A stretch of DNA of 64,000 bases from Octopus sinensis (taxonomy: Eukaryota): NCBI RefSeq assembly GCF_006345805.1, contig NC_043000.1:44330001-44394000 (forward strand), in the 5' to 3' direction. Shown piece by piece: positions 28,377 to 41,225 of the stretch. The notes beneath the pieces were generated by a model that saw nothing but the letters and a program-made list of their open reading frames with translations, searched no databases and had not been told where the DNA came from. The position numbers were made by a program, and so were the translations under genes. Within the stretch, counting starts at the first letter, position 1. Every line of letters begins with the position of its first letter.

Positions 28377-29769
28377 TGTGTAATAACGTTTGCCTATACT
28401 GCCGGATGTTCAGTGAGAGAAGATAATTAGCCTATACTCAAAAAAATTTGCTTTCATAACGATTGAAGTATATATGATTTCAAACTTTACACAATCGTGT
28501 TATTTTCACGCAGCTTGGTAATTCATGATTATATTAAAACCCACAACTAAATCTTTCAAATAAACTCAATATATATATATAACGTTTCATATATTCTGCA
28601 GCTTTTGCTAAAGAAAGGCTATTTTGTACTGCTTAATACATTGCAATGATGCTTTACACACAAAAACATACATATGTGTGTGTGTGTGCATGAGCGTATG
28701 TATATGAAAAAAGTCATTTGGCTATCAAGTAACATAACTAGAAAATGTAAAATTGTAACAACAATTTTCATTATCCGTTATTTCAGCCCGCAAAATTTTA
28801 TATCGTAACAAAAATGACGGCAAAAATGATTTAGGAAGAATTTCTCATTTAAAAAGTTCTTTATTCCTCTGTTTCAGAAATACTATTTAATATTATTTTC
28901 AAAACCTCACTTTTACTACCTATTACAAAAAATTGCATATTAATATAAAATGTTTCAAATTACTTTTTAGATAACATTGCGGAGACGACCAATGAATGTG
29001 ACTATCGGTTGAGGCAAATTCCAATACCATTAAACGCAAGTATATCGTTATTTACTTTACTTCAGTAATAAGTCAACATTTTATTTTGTCAAACTTTCGT
29101 TATACTCGATCTCCTTGGAACGAATCTGAATAAATGTATGCAATAATTTTCAATGAAAACTACAACAGTTTGTAAACAATAACTTATTCAGTTTAGAGTT
29201 ATCACAGTGGGAATGAATTTCACCGAAAATCTATGCAAATCAAAATTCTATTTTAATGATTTTCATTTTTTCTCAGTTTATTTGTTTCTAAAATGTATTG
29301 ATGATACTGGACTGCAGTAATAATTTTTTGTTAGATAAAAAACCCAAAACTAGTTTGTGAGTGTAAATATCCCCACAGTTGATACATAATGAACCCATAG
29401 GATTAGATTTTCTAAGGTTTTGCTTTATTAATAAATTTTGTGAATATTTAAAATGTGTTTATTAATCATGTTTTTATATCACTAGTTGCCTCTCCAACGT
29501 CATATTCGTAGAAGAACAACAAAACATATTCAAAGATTTTGATTTCCCTCTGTACTCAGTTTTTGTTTTCAGTTATATCTTACGAAAAACACGGATTGTA
29601 GTTAATTATACACATACATTTTTATGGAATTACTAAACATTTTGTCATAATAAACACACATATATTTTAATGTATTATAACTTTTTCCCTCTCAATAACA
29701 AGAAGAAAATATTCGTTTACAAATCCTGCATATACCTAAAATTAGCTGCATACACAATAATAAAGAAAG

Positions 29770-30110
29770 CTTAAGGGTAAGTGTGTTGGGCTTAGAATCA
29801 TGAGCTTGTGAGCTCAATTCCTGGATTGGGTGTGTATTGTGTTCTTGAGCAAGACAGACGTTTTATTTCACGTTGTTCCAGATCTCGCAGCTCTAGAAAT
29901 GAGTTGCGACGCCACTGGTGCCACGCTGTATCAGATTTTGCTTTTTCTCATGGACAACAAATTTGGTGTGGAGAACGTGGACTGGTATGCATGGGTGACT
30001 GCTGGTCTTCTACACACAGCCTCGCGGGATTTTGGTCCTCGGAGGGGGGTCTTTCTAAGTGCAAAGTCACGATCGTTCATGATGAAGAGGAACTTTACCC
30101 TTTACACAAT
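29770..30110 (+). mobile_element. tRNA-derived SINE, third family
   Basis: Degenerate B box (gagctcaattcctgg), gtgttcttgagcaagaca core, tail ctttaccctttac. Confidence 0.65.
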
Positions 30111-30882
30111 AATATTATAGAAATTTATAGAGTTCACAAATAAGTACAAGATATAAAACAAAAACAGAATTTCTGTAAAGATTCTGACTGCACTAGCCAT
30201 ACACGTAAATAGGCGTCGATTATTTTCAAAATCTATAATGAACGACATGAATTACACGATTATGTCAAAATAAATATGATATCTAGGAAGAAAGTTCATA
30301 ATAGAAATTAATTAAGGAACATCGAAATCAAAAGAAAGATGTTTTATATAGATAATACGCCAATTAGATACAGAATGTATATTGTAAATATAGTGGCAGC
30401 TGAAGATAAGAACGCCAGATATTCTGAGAGAGCAAAGACAATAAGTTGCAGCATGAAACAAAGAATAGCATAGATGACCAACATCGAGTTAGAACAGAAA
30501 TCAATATATTTGTTAATATTTGGCAATTCTCGACTAAAATAAATTTCAATGGAACCAAAGCATCGCTTACATCTGCGTGTCTAAAGTTTTAAGAGAAAAC
30601 ACGTTAAATTTCAGATGTTATCAAGTAGATAACACCAAAAGTATACAATCAATAATGTGCAACTCAGTAAGCAGAAACAATTCACTTAAACCCAAAAAGA
30701 AAGTAAACCAAATCGTTATATCTTCATTGAATTCTGTAAACACAACGCGAGTAAATTGTTATATTCAATGAGCAGAATTCGAACACAACATTTCTAAATG
30801 GAATAAATGAGTATCAAATCAAGATAATGAAAAGGAGTTACACAAGATATTCTGAATATCTTGTCTAAAACAAATTATTGAT

Positions 30883-31050
30883 GCAGGCGTGGCTATGTGG
30901 TAAAACGTTTGATCGTCAGCCACATTTTTCCGGAGTCTCTCCCACCACATTGAAAGTTGGGCAAGCGTGTTTTTCCATAACTACAAGTCGACGAAGTTCT
31001 CTTGAGTTGATTTGGTAGAAGGAAACTAAACGTAGCCCTTTATGTATGTA
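30883..31050 (+). mobile_element. Degenerate SINE 5' half (family of 49017-49428)
   Basis: gcaggcgtggctatgtggtaa...gatttggtagaaggaaactaaa. Confidence 0.6.
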
Positions 31051-31121
<71 letters not shown>

Positions 31122-31129
31122 GTATATAT

Positions 31130-32420
31130 ATACATACCTCTCCAACGCACCATTCTTCAAGCCTTCTGGCGACTCCAGTCCGACCCCACCACTTCGCACA
31201 TCTAATCGACACCTCCCATCCTTCAAACGAGCCCAAAAGCTACGAGACCTCTTGGTCCACAGTCTCTTCCCTAACCCAACCTCCCAAACCGGCTCGTTCC
31301 CCTGCTCCCGCCCACGCCGCCGCACTTGCCCTTACCACTCCAACCTCCTTACCGGCACCCATCATCGACACTATCACATCACTCACTCCTTCATCTGCAC
31401 TTCTACCAATGTCATCTACTGCCTCTCTTGCTCGCTCGCTCTCTCTCTCTCTCTGCCCATCCCTATACATCGGGCAAATGGGACGCCATTTGGCTGACAG
31501 GTTTGCGGAACACCTCCGAGGCATCCGACTCGGCAACGACACCCCGGTCTCGCACCAGTTCCGCTCTTCTGGTCACTCTTTGCAAAACATGTCCGTTTTC
31601 GGATTGTCTTTGCACTGACTCCCGTTTCTGCCATGAAAAAGGAATAATATTCTCTCTTCGCTCCTTTGCGCCACGTGGGCTCAACAATTCTCCCGTCTTC
31701 ATCTAACCTACTCCCTCCGCCTCTTTCCCCCTCACACTTACTTCCTACCACCCACCTCTCCTCTCTTGCTCCGACTCTTACTTCTTCACTTAACTCCTAC
31801 TCTCTTCACTCCTACCCATCTTCACCTCCCCCTTCATCGACCCTCCTTCGTTACCCCTACCTACCCCTGCACATTCCAGCAACACCTTCCCTATGCTTAC
31901 TATCCCATCTACCCCATCCCCTTACAACCACTCCCACATATCACACTTCTACCCCCACCCACTGACTAACCATATACGCCACATCTACCTCCATCCTCAA
32001 CCGAATCCACACCTCACCCTTGCTTTCCCGACTCTGGCCTCCCCAACTTCCAACACCATCACACCACCACGCACACACTAGCACTGAGCCCTTCCCAGCC
32101 CCACATCTTCACACCTACACATACACCAGACCTCTTCCACATGCACATACATACTCTCTTATACACACGTACGCTCACCTTCGTTTTGGCTTCACCACTA
32201 CATTAGTATCTCCCCTTCTTCCTAGCTCTCCCATGCAACCCTTCTCTCTGGCATTCGCCCTGACAGATCGCTTGCCACTACACATTCTTTATTTTCTCTC
32301 CTTGTTTCCTTCTGTGTTTCTTTCTGTGAAGGAGAGTAGGCTCGAAACGTCAAAGACTTTTTAACTTCCCGAGCGTTAAACTAATACATCTATTTGTTTT
32401 CTACACAACCTGTCTTCGTC
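31130..32420 (+). mobile_element. 5'-truncated Penelope-like element: GIY-YIG domain, C-rich 3' region, pLTR end
   Basis: SFKRAQKLRDLLVHS, FPCSRPRRRTCPY, FICTSTNVIYCLSC / LCPSLYIGQMGRHLADRFAEHLRGIR, HEKGIIFSLRSFAPRGLN; frameshifted by a (CT)n expansion. Confidence 0.9.
32319..32356 (+). ncRNA. Degenerate minimal hammerhead-ribozyme motif in the Penelope pLTR
   Basis: tcttt-CTGTGAAG-gag/ctc-GAAA-CGT-C-aaaga; the core deviates from CUGANGA. Confidence 0.5.
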
Positions 32421-32592
32421 TTTTTTGTGTGTTTTCTCCCTATATATATATATTATATATATATTTTCTACGACGACATCCACGTCAAGTTGGATATAAA
32501 GATAATCTTTTATCATTAATACTGCATATGTCGCTGATGATTAAAATACATATGGGTCTGTATTTGCGCATCTCTATTTCTCCCACCTACAG

Positions 32593-32684
32593 TTTGACGA
32601 CCGATGTGTTTAAAGCATCCGATAGAATATTTACCAGGCCAAAAAATAGAATTGATTTGTTCCACGAAATAATTCTAAACGCAG
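32593..32684 (+). CDS. Exon of an unidentified gene (xLTTDVFKASDRIFTRPKNRIDLFHEIILNA, phase 2 to 1)
   Basis: Acceptor tctctatttctcccacctacag|, donor GCAG|gtatgc, only one frame open. Confidence 0.6.
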
Positions 32685-33159
32685 GTATGCCGCAGCATAC
32701 CTACAATCCAGAAAGGAAGAAATAACCGATAACAATTTGCCAAGCAATTTGGGGATATAAATGTATCTCGATATTAATGGGAATTTTAGAGGATGATGAA
32801 ACAAGTATAAAACAATCACATTTATCTTACGTGTACCTAAATTAAAGCAATTTACAAGTAGAAAGGATAACCTATAATATTATATATCAAAATTATTTAC
32901 TCATATATAAATCAAGCACACCTCCAGGTGTCTCAGATATTTTAGAGCGAGATTCGGACAGAGAATAACTGGCTGATTAGAATGAAATCCGATTTAGATA
33001 AAATTTACACGACCTCTTAAGGGCTGGAATCAAATTCTAATTATTGCCAGTTAATACTTCCCCGGGGAATGGATAAACAAAAGTTAACGTCTGTTGCATC
33101 TAAAGCCAGAACGAAAATAGACTTGACTATTCATTTTTCATTCACTCGCCTTTTCATAG

Positions 33160-33230
33160 ATTTCCATATAGTTTCAGTACTGGTAATTGTTAGTAATTTA
33201 AAGTTCACAAAATCCGAGCTGGTGAAACTT
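33160..33230 (+). CDS. Exon of the same gene (DFHIVSVL..., phase 1 to 0); boundaries uncertain (acceptor 33051 or 33160; donor 33182, 33221 or 33230)
   Basis: Lies in a 76-codon open frame (33021-33251); pyrimidine-rich acceptor; phases fit both neighbours. Confidence 0.42.
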
Positions 33231-33393
33231 GTAAATTTCATTTTCCTCTAATATCCGATCGTTTGGCAAAAATACGAGATGAAATTTGAAACAGCGTGAT
33301 TTGAATTTACTATTGAATTTAGATACTTATGTCACATCGAATACTGTATACAAATTAATATATTCGGCTTTGTGCCACTATTACTTATAACAG

Positions 33394-33476
33394 GTAAAAT
33401 TTAGTAGGAAAGATGCAGAGCTGAACATTTGGACAAAAGAAGTTTTGTCGAACAAATACGAGGTAGAAATTCAGAG
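33394..33476 (+). CDS. Exon of the same gene (VKFSRKDAELNIWTKEVLSNKYEVEIQ, phase 0 to 2)
   Basis: ttacttataacag|G acceptor, GAG|gtaatt donor, only phase 0 open. Confidence 0.6.
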
Positions 33477-34213
33477 GTAATTATTCTAGTCATCTATGAA
33501 ACGTTATGAGGCAAAATAAATGCTGGTTGGTGTTGAACTCATAACAAAAATCATAACTATGCACTCCATATATATTCAGTCTAACACTCTAATAATTCTT
33601 CCCTCCCCATCACACATTTATAATATGCAAATGCGGCAGAATAAATATAAAATAAATGTTGCTTTTTAAATACTTAAAACTGTCTACTTATTCTTCTGTG
33701 GATGAATGTGTATGCATTAGAAATAACATACAATTTCAAGCTAAAATAAATCTAAGTATGTGTGCATGTGTGTGTGTGTGAATGAAAAATGTATTTCCTA
33801 TTTTTATGAGATATGAAGTCAAACAATTTAAAATAAATTTTAGAAGTTATAGATAAATATCTGAGAGACCTCATAACACATCGATTTTAATTCGAAGCGA
33901 AATGTTGATATCAAATCTGAAATAATTCCATTAAACTATTAAACTTTACTCTAACCATCACGATAAAATCTTATTTTTCAGCGATAATATCACTGGTCAA
34001 CAAAACATTTTGATCGGAGTTGCTTCGGGTGGACGAGAAAGACTTTATGCTGATTTCAAACCTGGCATCAGTTTTATAGCTGAACATTTTTTTTTTTATT
34101 AGAATTGGAACTAATAATTGTTTTTATATCTATATTTCAAATATGTTGTATTTTCATATTTATTAAGACGTTTGATATTTAATTACCAAGCCTTGCGAAT
34201 GTCGTTCTTGTAG

Positions 34214-34392
34214 CGAGAGTTTCTGCTTGTGTAAAATTCACACACTATATCAAAATATTCTAGTATATTTTTCAAATATACCAAAATATTTCGGTTGTCA
34301 TTCAGGTAAGAAACTCACAAAACAGATTGGATCTCTTGCGCTTGTTCAAGAGAGACTACATGAGAAGAAAATGACATTTCGCCATGCGCATG
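34214..34392 (+). CDS. Exon of the same gene (ESFCLCKIHTLYQ...LHEKKMTFRHAH, phase 2 to 1; alternative donor at 34305)
   Basis: gttcttgtag| acceptor, ATG|gtaagt and CAG|gtaaga donors in the same phase; 59 open codons; other frames closed. Confidence 0.6.
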
Positions 34393-34794
34393 GTAAGTGA
34401 AGAGAGGAGTCCTCTCCCTCGCAGCTATTTTTCTGAGTATAAAAGTATTTTGTCTTTTGAAGAAAAACGAGTAAGAAATTATTTATACATTGGTAACTAA
34501 TGTTGATAGTACACAGTTTTATACTCGATTGTGAATTACTTGAATCTTAACCACATTATTTTGAGTTGTTCGGCATTCTTGAAAACTTCAAAAATGTAAA
34601 GGGATAAGCGTTTGTGTATTCATAGCTTGGTAATCTGTGATTTTCGGCTTAGCTTATCTAATTTGGATATTAGTGCTAAGTTTTTGGAGGTTTTCTGGAA
34701 TACATCCAATACTTGACCACTCGACTACTTTAAGATAATGTTCGTTTTCCCTAAGATTTCGGACTATCTTACAAAAAAATGCGGGTTCCAAATG

Positions 34795-35165
34795 TTGGCA
34801 CAGGGCCACAAATGTTGTTGGGTGGGTGTAAGCCGATTTCATTGAGCTGCGCTCAACCGTTACTTAATTCATCGATCCCGGAGGAATGAAAAGCAGTTCG
34901 AACTTGGTGGAATTTGAACTAAGAACGTAAAGGAGGAAGAAATTCCACTAACGTTTCTGCCAGTTTACTACCTACATTACAAGAATTACTAATTTAAAAT
35001 GTTGGCACAAACCTAGCAATCTAAGGGCGGGGTATGACGATTACATCGACCGAAGTACTCGACTAGTAATTATCTTATCGAGCTCGAAATGATGATAGGC
35101 GAAGTCCATCACGGTAACATTTGAACTCAGAACATCAAGTCGAAAGAAATACGCGCGACTGATTC
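34795..35165 (-). mobile_element. Two tandem degenerate SINE copies (Meta-like family)
   Basis: gttggcaca...gaatttgaact(a/c)agaac at 34795-34980 and 35000-35165. Confidence 0.65.
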
Positions 35166-35429
35166 TAATTTTTTTTATTACCCACTACGGGGCGAACATA
35201 GAAGGGACAATACATAACATATGAAGACTTACAAACTGAGAAAAAAATTAGAACAAACGAATGGAAAACTGACATGAAAATTGAAAGGAAAAAATGGAAT
35301 AAAACCACTCTGCACCACTTCATAGCATCTTCATTTATACCTTTTAAACTTCGTATTCGCTAGAATATCGATCCCAAATTCTTCCACCATTTCCTTATAT
35401 GTCATATACTGTGGTAATACGTTCCAATC

Positions 35430-36400
35430 CAATTTCGCCTCCCAACACATATATCCACTTTTAAATCTTGTTGTTCATCCGGGAACAACACACAACAGTG
35501 CCGTCCACTTTATGTTGTCAAAACCAGTTGTTCCAACTGTTGTAAAGTCTTCCCAAGATAACACTTCTTTACGCAGTTGTTTTTCATTTGAGTAATCATA
35601 CATTACTGTGTGGCACTTTTTTCTTCTTCTTTTGTCTGGGGAGAGTTTGGGAGTTCTTGCACGTTTGTACATTTTTCTGTGTAAGAGGGGGAGAGGTGGG
35701 CTTGGTATCTGTAGAGGAAGGGTGGGTCGAGGAGGGTGTGGGTCGTTATGGGGCTTAATTTTCTCTTTTTTTCCTTGTTCCATTTTCCTATTAATTCCCA
35801 TTCATTGTCTGTTTCTTCTCTACTTCTGTTAATATTTTGTATTCCTCTTTATTTTCTTGCTCTTTCTGAGGCTCTTCCTCTTGTATCTCATTCGTCTTTT
35901 TGGTTAGTGAAAGGCAGTCCACTCTGATGTGGCCCTTCACGACACATTTAAAGCATCGAGGGATTCTGTGGTCTACTCTGACCCTCATTATCACGTCGTC
36001 CATAATTATTGTTTCTTTAATATTTTCTAGGGCTTCGGTTGAACCTTGAATAATCTGTCCCTTCTATATAACGCTTTGGAATTTTTGTGGCCTGGAGAAC
36101 CGCTATGTTGTTCTTCTTTCCCAGAAAGACAGCGGCTGCTATCCAAGTTACATCTGTCTCTGGCTGCTTTCCCTCCACCCTCACTCTTGACGCATACTTT
36201 CTCACTCTTGATGGTAGTCGCTGCGTGCTTTTTTGCTGTTGCCGCGTCCTTGAATTTCACCTCCACTACTCCGAACATAGTACCTCTCGCAAGGTACACT
36301 ATTTCATGCCATATTACTCTTAAAGCTTTCTCTATTTGACCTGTGGTCTTGACGTCAATTTTTCCTTTAATTATTGAAGATGTTCTGTATCAAATTGTTC
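35430..36400 (-). mobile_element. L1/Tx1-type ORF1 relic with a CCHC zinc knuckle
   Basis: YLARGTMFGVVEVKFKDAATAKK (RRM-like) and RCFKCVVKGHIRVDC (CX2CX4HX4C); stops and frameshifts. Confidence 0.7.
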
Positions 36401-36604
36401 ATTTTTGATATTATTAAGCGTCTCTTGCGGGGGCAGTGATAATTTAAAGTCAAATTCATCCCGACGTAATAAATGTTTGTAATTTTCAAATTCATCGATA
36501 TTAATATCATTTTCCTGGCACTTTGCCACGTCGGCAAATTTCTCTTTTCTTCATTTAATTATTCGTCTTTTCTATTGACCGTTTTCAAAAATTCTTCCTC
36601 TGAA

Positions 36605-36874
36605 GGCAACATATCTGAAAAGCTGAAGTCTTCTTCAGACATCTTTTTCACTAACCAACCCACCTCTATCAGGAAGGGAAGTACAAACAAATTGCTACTA
36701 AGCAGTACAAGAACAATTAACAAAGTGTCTGAAACACTGATACAAAAACAAAATGATGTTAACGCTATGAAAATACCGCCAAAAATGACTCACGTACACC
36801 TTGAAATATACCGCCAAAGATTACTCACGTACACCTTGAAAAGTACCGCCAAAAATGACTCACGTACACCTTGA
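36605..36874 (+). CDS. Candidate phase-1 exon running into the 35-bp minisatellite (GNISEKLKSSSDIFF...MKIPPKMTH)
   Basis: Pyrimidine-rich acceptor aattcttcctctgaag|; frame open 55+ codons before the repeat; no convincing donor. Confidence 0.33.
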   Translation, partial: GNISEKLKSSSDIFFTNQPTSIRKGSTNKLLLSSTRTINKVSETLIQKQNDVNAMKIPPKMTHVHLEIYRQRLLTYTLKSTAKNDSRTP

Positions 36875-37053
36875 AAAGTACCGCCAAAAATGACTCACGT
36901 ACACCTTGAAAAGTACCGTCAAACATGACTCACATTCATCCTGAAAAATACCGTCAAAAATGACTCACGTACACCTTGAAAAATACCACCAAAAATGACT
37001 CACGTACAACTTGAAAAATACCGCCAAAAATGACTCACGTAGACCTTGAAAAA
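36770..37053. repeat. 35-bp minisatellite, 8 copies
   Basis: tgactcacgtacaccttgaaaagtaccgccaaaaa at 36786, 36821, 36856, 36891, 36926, 36961, 36996, 37031. Confidence 0.95.
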
Positions 37054-38293
37054 CAACGAAAGCGGCAACGTTCCTGTCAGATCACCACCTTGTTTACAAG
37101 AAATATTAATTAACAAGGTGATAAATGTGATGTAAATTGTAGAGGTGCAAATATGCCTTCGCTTAGTCTCACAAGAATGTCCATGCTAATGAGACAGATT
37201 AATCACACGAAAGACTCTCATCATTACTCTTTGCTCACTCAGTATTGACCTATTGTTCCTTTATTTTTCTATATGGGAGAATTCGAGACGTGATTTTCTC
37301 TTATCAGTAGCTTGAAATGCTCAAAATAGCAGTGTAATAACTTTTAATTACAGTCTGTTGCTAATAGACTGTAATCATAGCATATTAGCTAATATCAAGA
37401 AGCTTTTCTTGAGGATTTTGTAAAAATTTGCAACATTTTTAGGAAATCATTAGTCCGTAAACCTTTACGTGGTTGGAAAAGCTATGAAGCGACTCATCCG
37501 TTGCAAGTAGGCAACTGTCGCCTTGCCAGTATTCAAATTTTTTAAGTATTTTCTGAACATTTCTGTCTTTATATTTGGCTATGCAAATACTATGTATAGT
37601 CGAAGTTATATCTTTTTAATTATACTAAATGTTTCTTCCGTTTTGAATTTAGTCGAGTAAAATTTGAATGTTAGAGCGTTACGCAAAATATATATCTGTA
37701 TTTCCCTTCTCAGTTCAAGACCTGTTGCAGCTAATATGACATTATCCTTTACCAAATTAGAAGAAATAAGATAACCCGATCTGTGGATAAATTGTCAAAT
37801 ATAACAAAATTTTATAGAGTAATTGTTCTCCATCTTTACGCTTTGAGTTCGCACGTATATGGTACAATCTTGTCTGTATCTGTCTATCTATATGCAGCCG
37901 GGTAAAATACAACTAAACAAAGGCACTGGAGATATCAGAACCTTGCGCTCCCAATGGTAGTTACGTCGCAAATGCTGCGTTCTTGTCAAAGTGTCATTCT
38001 CCAAATTAATAGTGATAGGAATTATAGAGTGATTAAACTATGATTTGGAACAAATCTACAAATCTAGAATGATCTTTCTAGCGGAAAGATACAAGGTTTT
38101 TCAGAGAAATATTGTATTTCCTGATACCTCACAAATGTATAAATAAACACAGAACCATTTATTCCGCATTTGCCTTTAAGAAAAAAAGATTATTCTCTAT
38201 TCCTGCCAAAAGGATGTTTACTTTCTATTTTAGAGAATGTGTCTCTTATAGACTCTTTTATTTGAGTTCATTTCTTCCGTCTTTTATGACCAG

Positions 38294-38334
38294 TGGTGGG
38301 ATATGAACTCCCATTCCGTATAAGAGATGCTAAA
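38294..38334 (+). CDS. Candidate exon (xVGYELPFRIRDAK, phase 1 to 0)
   Basis: catttcttccgtcttttatgaccag| acceptor, AAA|gtatgc donor, only phase 1 open. Confidence 0.5.
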
Positions 38335-38597
38335 GTATGCACTCATGCATTTTAACTTGACTCGGCGAATAATAATCGGAGATCAAAACATTGAAGTGTT
38401 AACTAATGACTCATGATGACATCTATAAGCTCTGTCCGTCTAGTCGAAAAAATTATTAACGACTCGTTAAAATAATACATTTGTTACAGTAGACAACTTC
38501 AATGGGTGACAGAATAAAAGATAGAGAACATTTTGTAAAGTTTAAAAATGCGTTACGGTGTGAGATGACGCTGATAGTACTTACAATACTAATATTG

Positions 38598-38628
<31 letters not shown>

Positions 38629-39352
38629 TAATAATAATAACAATATTGAAGATGATGATGATAATGATGATAGTAATCATAAATAAAATATTATTTAAAA
38701 GTAATATGAAAATAAAAGTATGTGATTATATTCTAAAATAAAATATGAAATTAACTAAAGATATTAAAGCATAATGCTGAAAATTTAAACAAAATATAAA
38801 TATTAATGAGTTTTTAAAATATTTTAAATCACAATGGAAGTTAATATCTCAATTGTTTTTACACAAGGATAGGTTTGTTCAAATGTATTTATATTAAGTT
38901 GCCGTGTCTTTGTATTATTTGTTGGCAATTTATGCAAATCTATACTACACAAAATAACTATTCAAGCAATATACTTAATGAAATATTTTAGCTCATAATT
39001 GAAACCAGATAAAAAAAGAGGACGAAAAGAATTCAGTGTCATAAAACATGAAAGAAGAAATTTCGCTTTGATTTATTTTAGATTCACCGTTTATGTATCT
39101 AACTTGCACACATACATCTGTATGCTGACAAACAAGGAATTGAAGAGATACACACGTACGTCAACAAGGAAGGAAACGTTCACATATAAACTGACAGCGT
39201 GTTCCTTTAACTCCATTAGTGGATTGTCATCAAACATATACCGAAGAGTACTTGATCGGTGATATTATCTTATCTCGTAGCTAAACATGTGGAAGTACAT
39301 AATCAGAATCATGACATATATATGTATATATATATATGTGTGTGTGTGTGTA

Positions 39353-39387
<35 letters not shown>

Positions 39388-39390
39388 ATA

Positions 39391-40648
39391 TAAAGTCGTA
39401 AAGTATGAAATTTGTACTAAGGTATATCGTAAATGTTTTAGCTGCTCATTTTGCGCTGGTATTATGTTTGGACAATAATTTGTTTTGTTAGAAAGCTGAC
39501 ACATCTATTTCTTTATTCTAACTGATTTTGCGATTTATAAAGTATTTATAAATGGGTTTTTTTTTTGCTTTTTTTGTTTAGAGTTGGATAAGTCGGAAAT
39601 TCATACAGTTTCGAAACATGAGTTCTTTCTTGGAAATACAGTATCACAGACAGCTCGGAATATTAATGGAGTATTTTGTTCTAATGTTATTAAACAGCAG
39701 ACAGTATCAAATTGTTTTGCAAATTTTCGTTCTGGTAACTTTGACCTCAGAAAGGTGGACAATGACGAACGGAAGGCCACCGTCGAGGTCAAATCCATTT
39801 TAAAGTGCCCGTGAATGATCGTTGTTGTTTGGTGTTAGCAAGTAAACAATATTGACTGACGTAGTTCAAATAGATAAAGGGAAAATTTGGGTAAGTGGGT
39901 TCCACATGAACTCAATGAAAATCAGAAACAGCGACGCTTGGAAGCCTGCATTTTGCTGCTTTCTCCTCAAAAAGATAAATCATTTTTTAATCAAATTGTA
40001 ACATGTGATACGAAATGGATGCAATACGACAAACGTAAACGTTCAGCACAATGGTTGAACAAAGACGAGCCAACAAAATACTGTCCAAAAAGCAAAATTC
40101 ATCAAAAGAAGCTGATGGTGTGTGTTTGGTGGTCTGGCACAAGTGCAATCTATTATGATTTCATCAAACCTGGCTTATCAGTCACGGCCGAAATATATTG
40201 CAACCAACTGGAACACATGATGCAGAAACTTACAAAACAAACCGCCAAGATTAGTCAACGGATCCACTCCTATTTTATTGCAAGACAACGCCAGACCACA
40301 CATCGAAAAATTAACATTGACGAAACTACATGGTTTGGAGTTGGAAGTTGTCCATCATCCACCATACTCACCTGATCTCGCCCCACTGACTACCACTTCT
40401 TCCAGAATTTGGATAACGTTTTGATAGGAAAAAATTCATTTCCAACGATGCTGTAAAACTGGCCTTCCAAGATCCTATTGACTCTATATTGCCCAGCTTT
40501 TACAGTATCGCACTGGACTTGACAAGCTACTGCTGAAAAGTGTATTGACAATATGGGTTCATAATTTGATGAATAAAACTATGCCTTTGTTTATAAATAT
40601 TAGTAATTGTTTATTCTTTTTCTATAAATTTCATACTTGGTGACCTAA
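39391..40648 (+). mobile_element. Full-length mariner (DD34D) transposon with a disrupted transposase
   Basis: 23-bp TIRs (18/23 match) flanked by TA; WVPHEL, TCDTKW, LLQDNARPH, HPPYSPDLAPTDYHFF motifs. Confidence 0.93.
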
Positions 40649-40674
40649 TATATGTATATATATATATATATATA

Positions 40675-40710
<36 letters not shown>

Positions 40711-40726
40711 CACACATATATATTAA

Positions 40727-41119
40727 CTAGCAGTATCGCCCGGCGTTGCTCGGGTTTGTAAGGGAAATAATTATATAAGCATTTTTAGAGATGTAAAGTA
40801 TAATAGCCATCTCAATATGGCTAACCACAAAGGGGTAGGGGTGTTACTGTAGCTTTTTACGTTCTGAGATTCAATAATAAATTTTAGAGAGTTACTTCCC
40901 TTATATATGTCAAACATGGATTAAAAATGGGAAAAATTGATGGTAATTTTTTTTAAATCGTAGACTCATCGTAGACGCGCGCTAATACCCAGACGGTCTC
41001 GATATGAATCACGACAATAAGATACCCGGTTTTGGTTAAACTGCACCGCAAAATGTGGGAGTAGTTAGGAATCTAAATCGTAGGAGACAGACACACAACC
41101 TCACTTTTATATATAAAGA
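40727..41119 (-). mobile_element. Short non-autonomous Helitron (393 bp), both ends intact
   Basis: a|ctagcagtatcgcccggcgttgctcggg (CTAG plus CCCG/CGGG hairpin) ... ttttatatataaaga|t; A/T insertion site. Confidence 0.88.
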
Positions 41120-41182
41120 TTTCCTCTATTTACATAATATTCAGGTCTCTTTCTTTCTTTTGTTATCTTACTGTTTTTACCA

Positions 41183-41218
<36 letters not shown>

Positions 41219-41225
<7 letters not shown>

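Noticed and set aside
31046-31965. Several 100-190-aa overlapping ORFs
   Set aside because: Alternative frames of the Penelope element and its C-rich 3' region.
36770-37053. 35-bp repeats resembling CRISPR repeat length
   Set aside because: Units are contiguous with no unique spacers; eukaryotic context; no cas genes.
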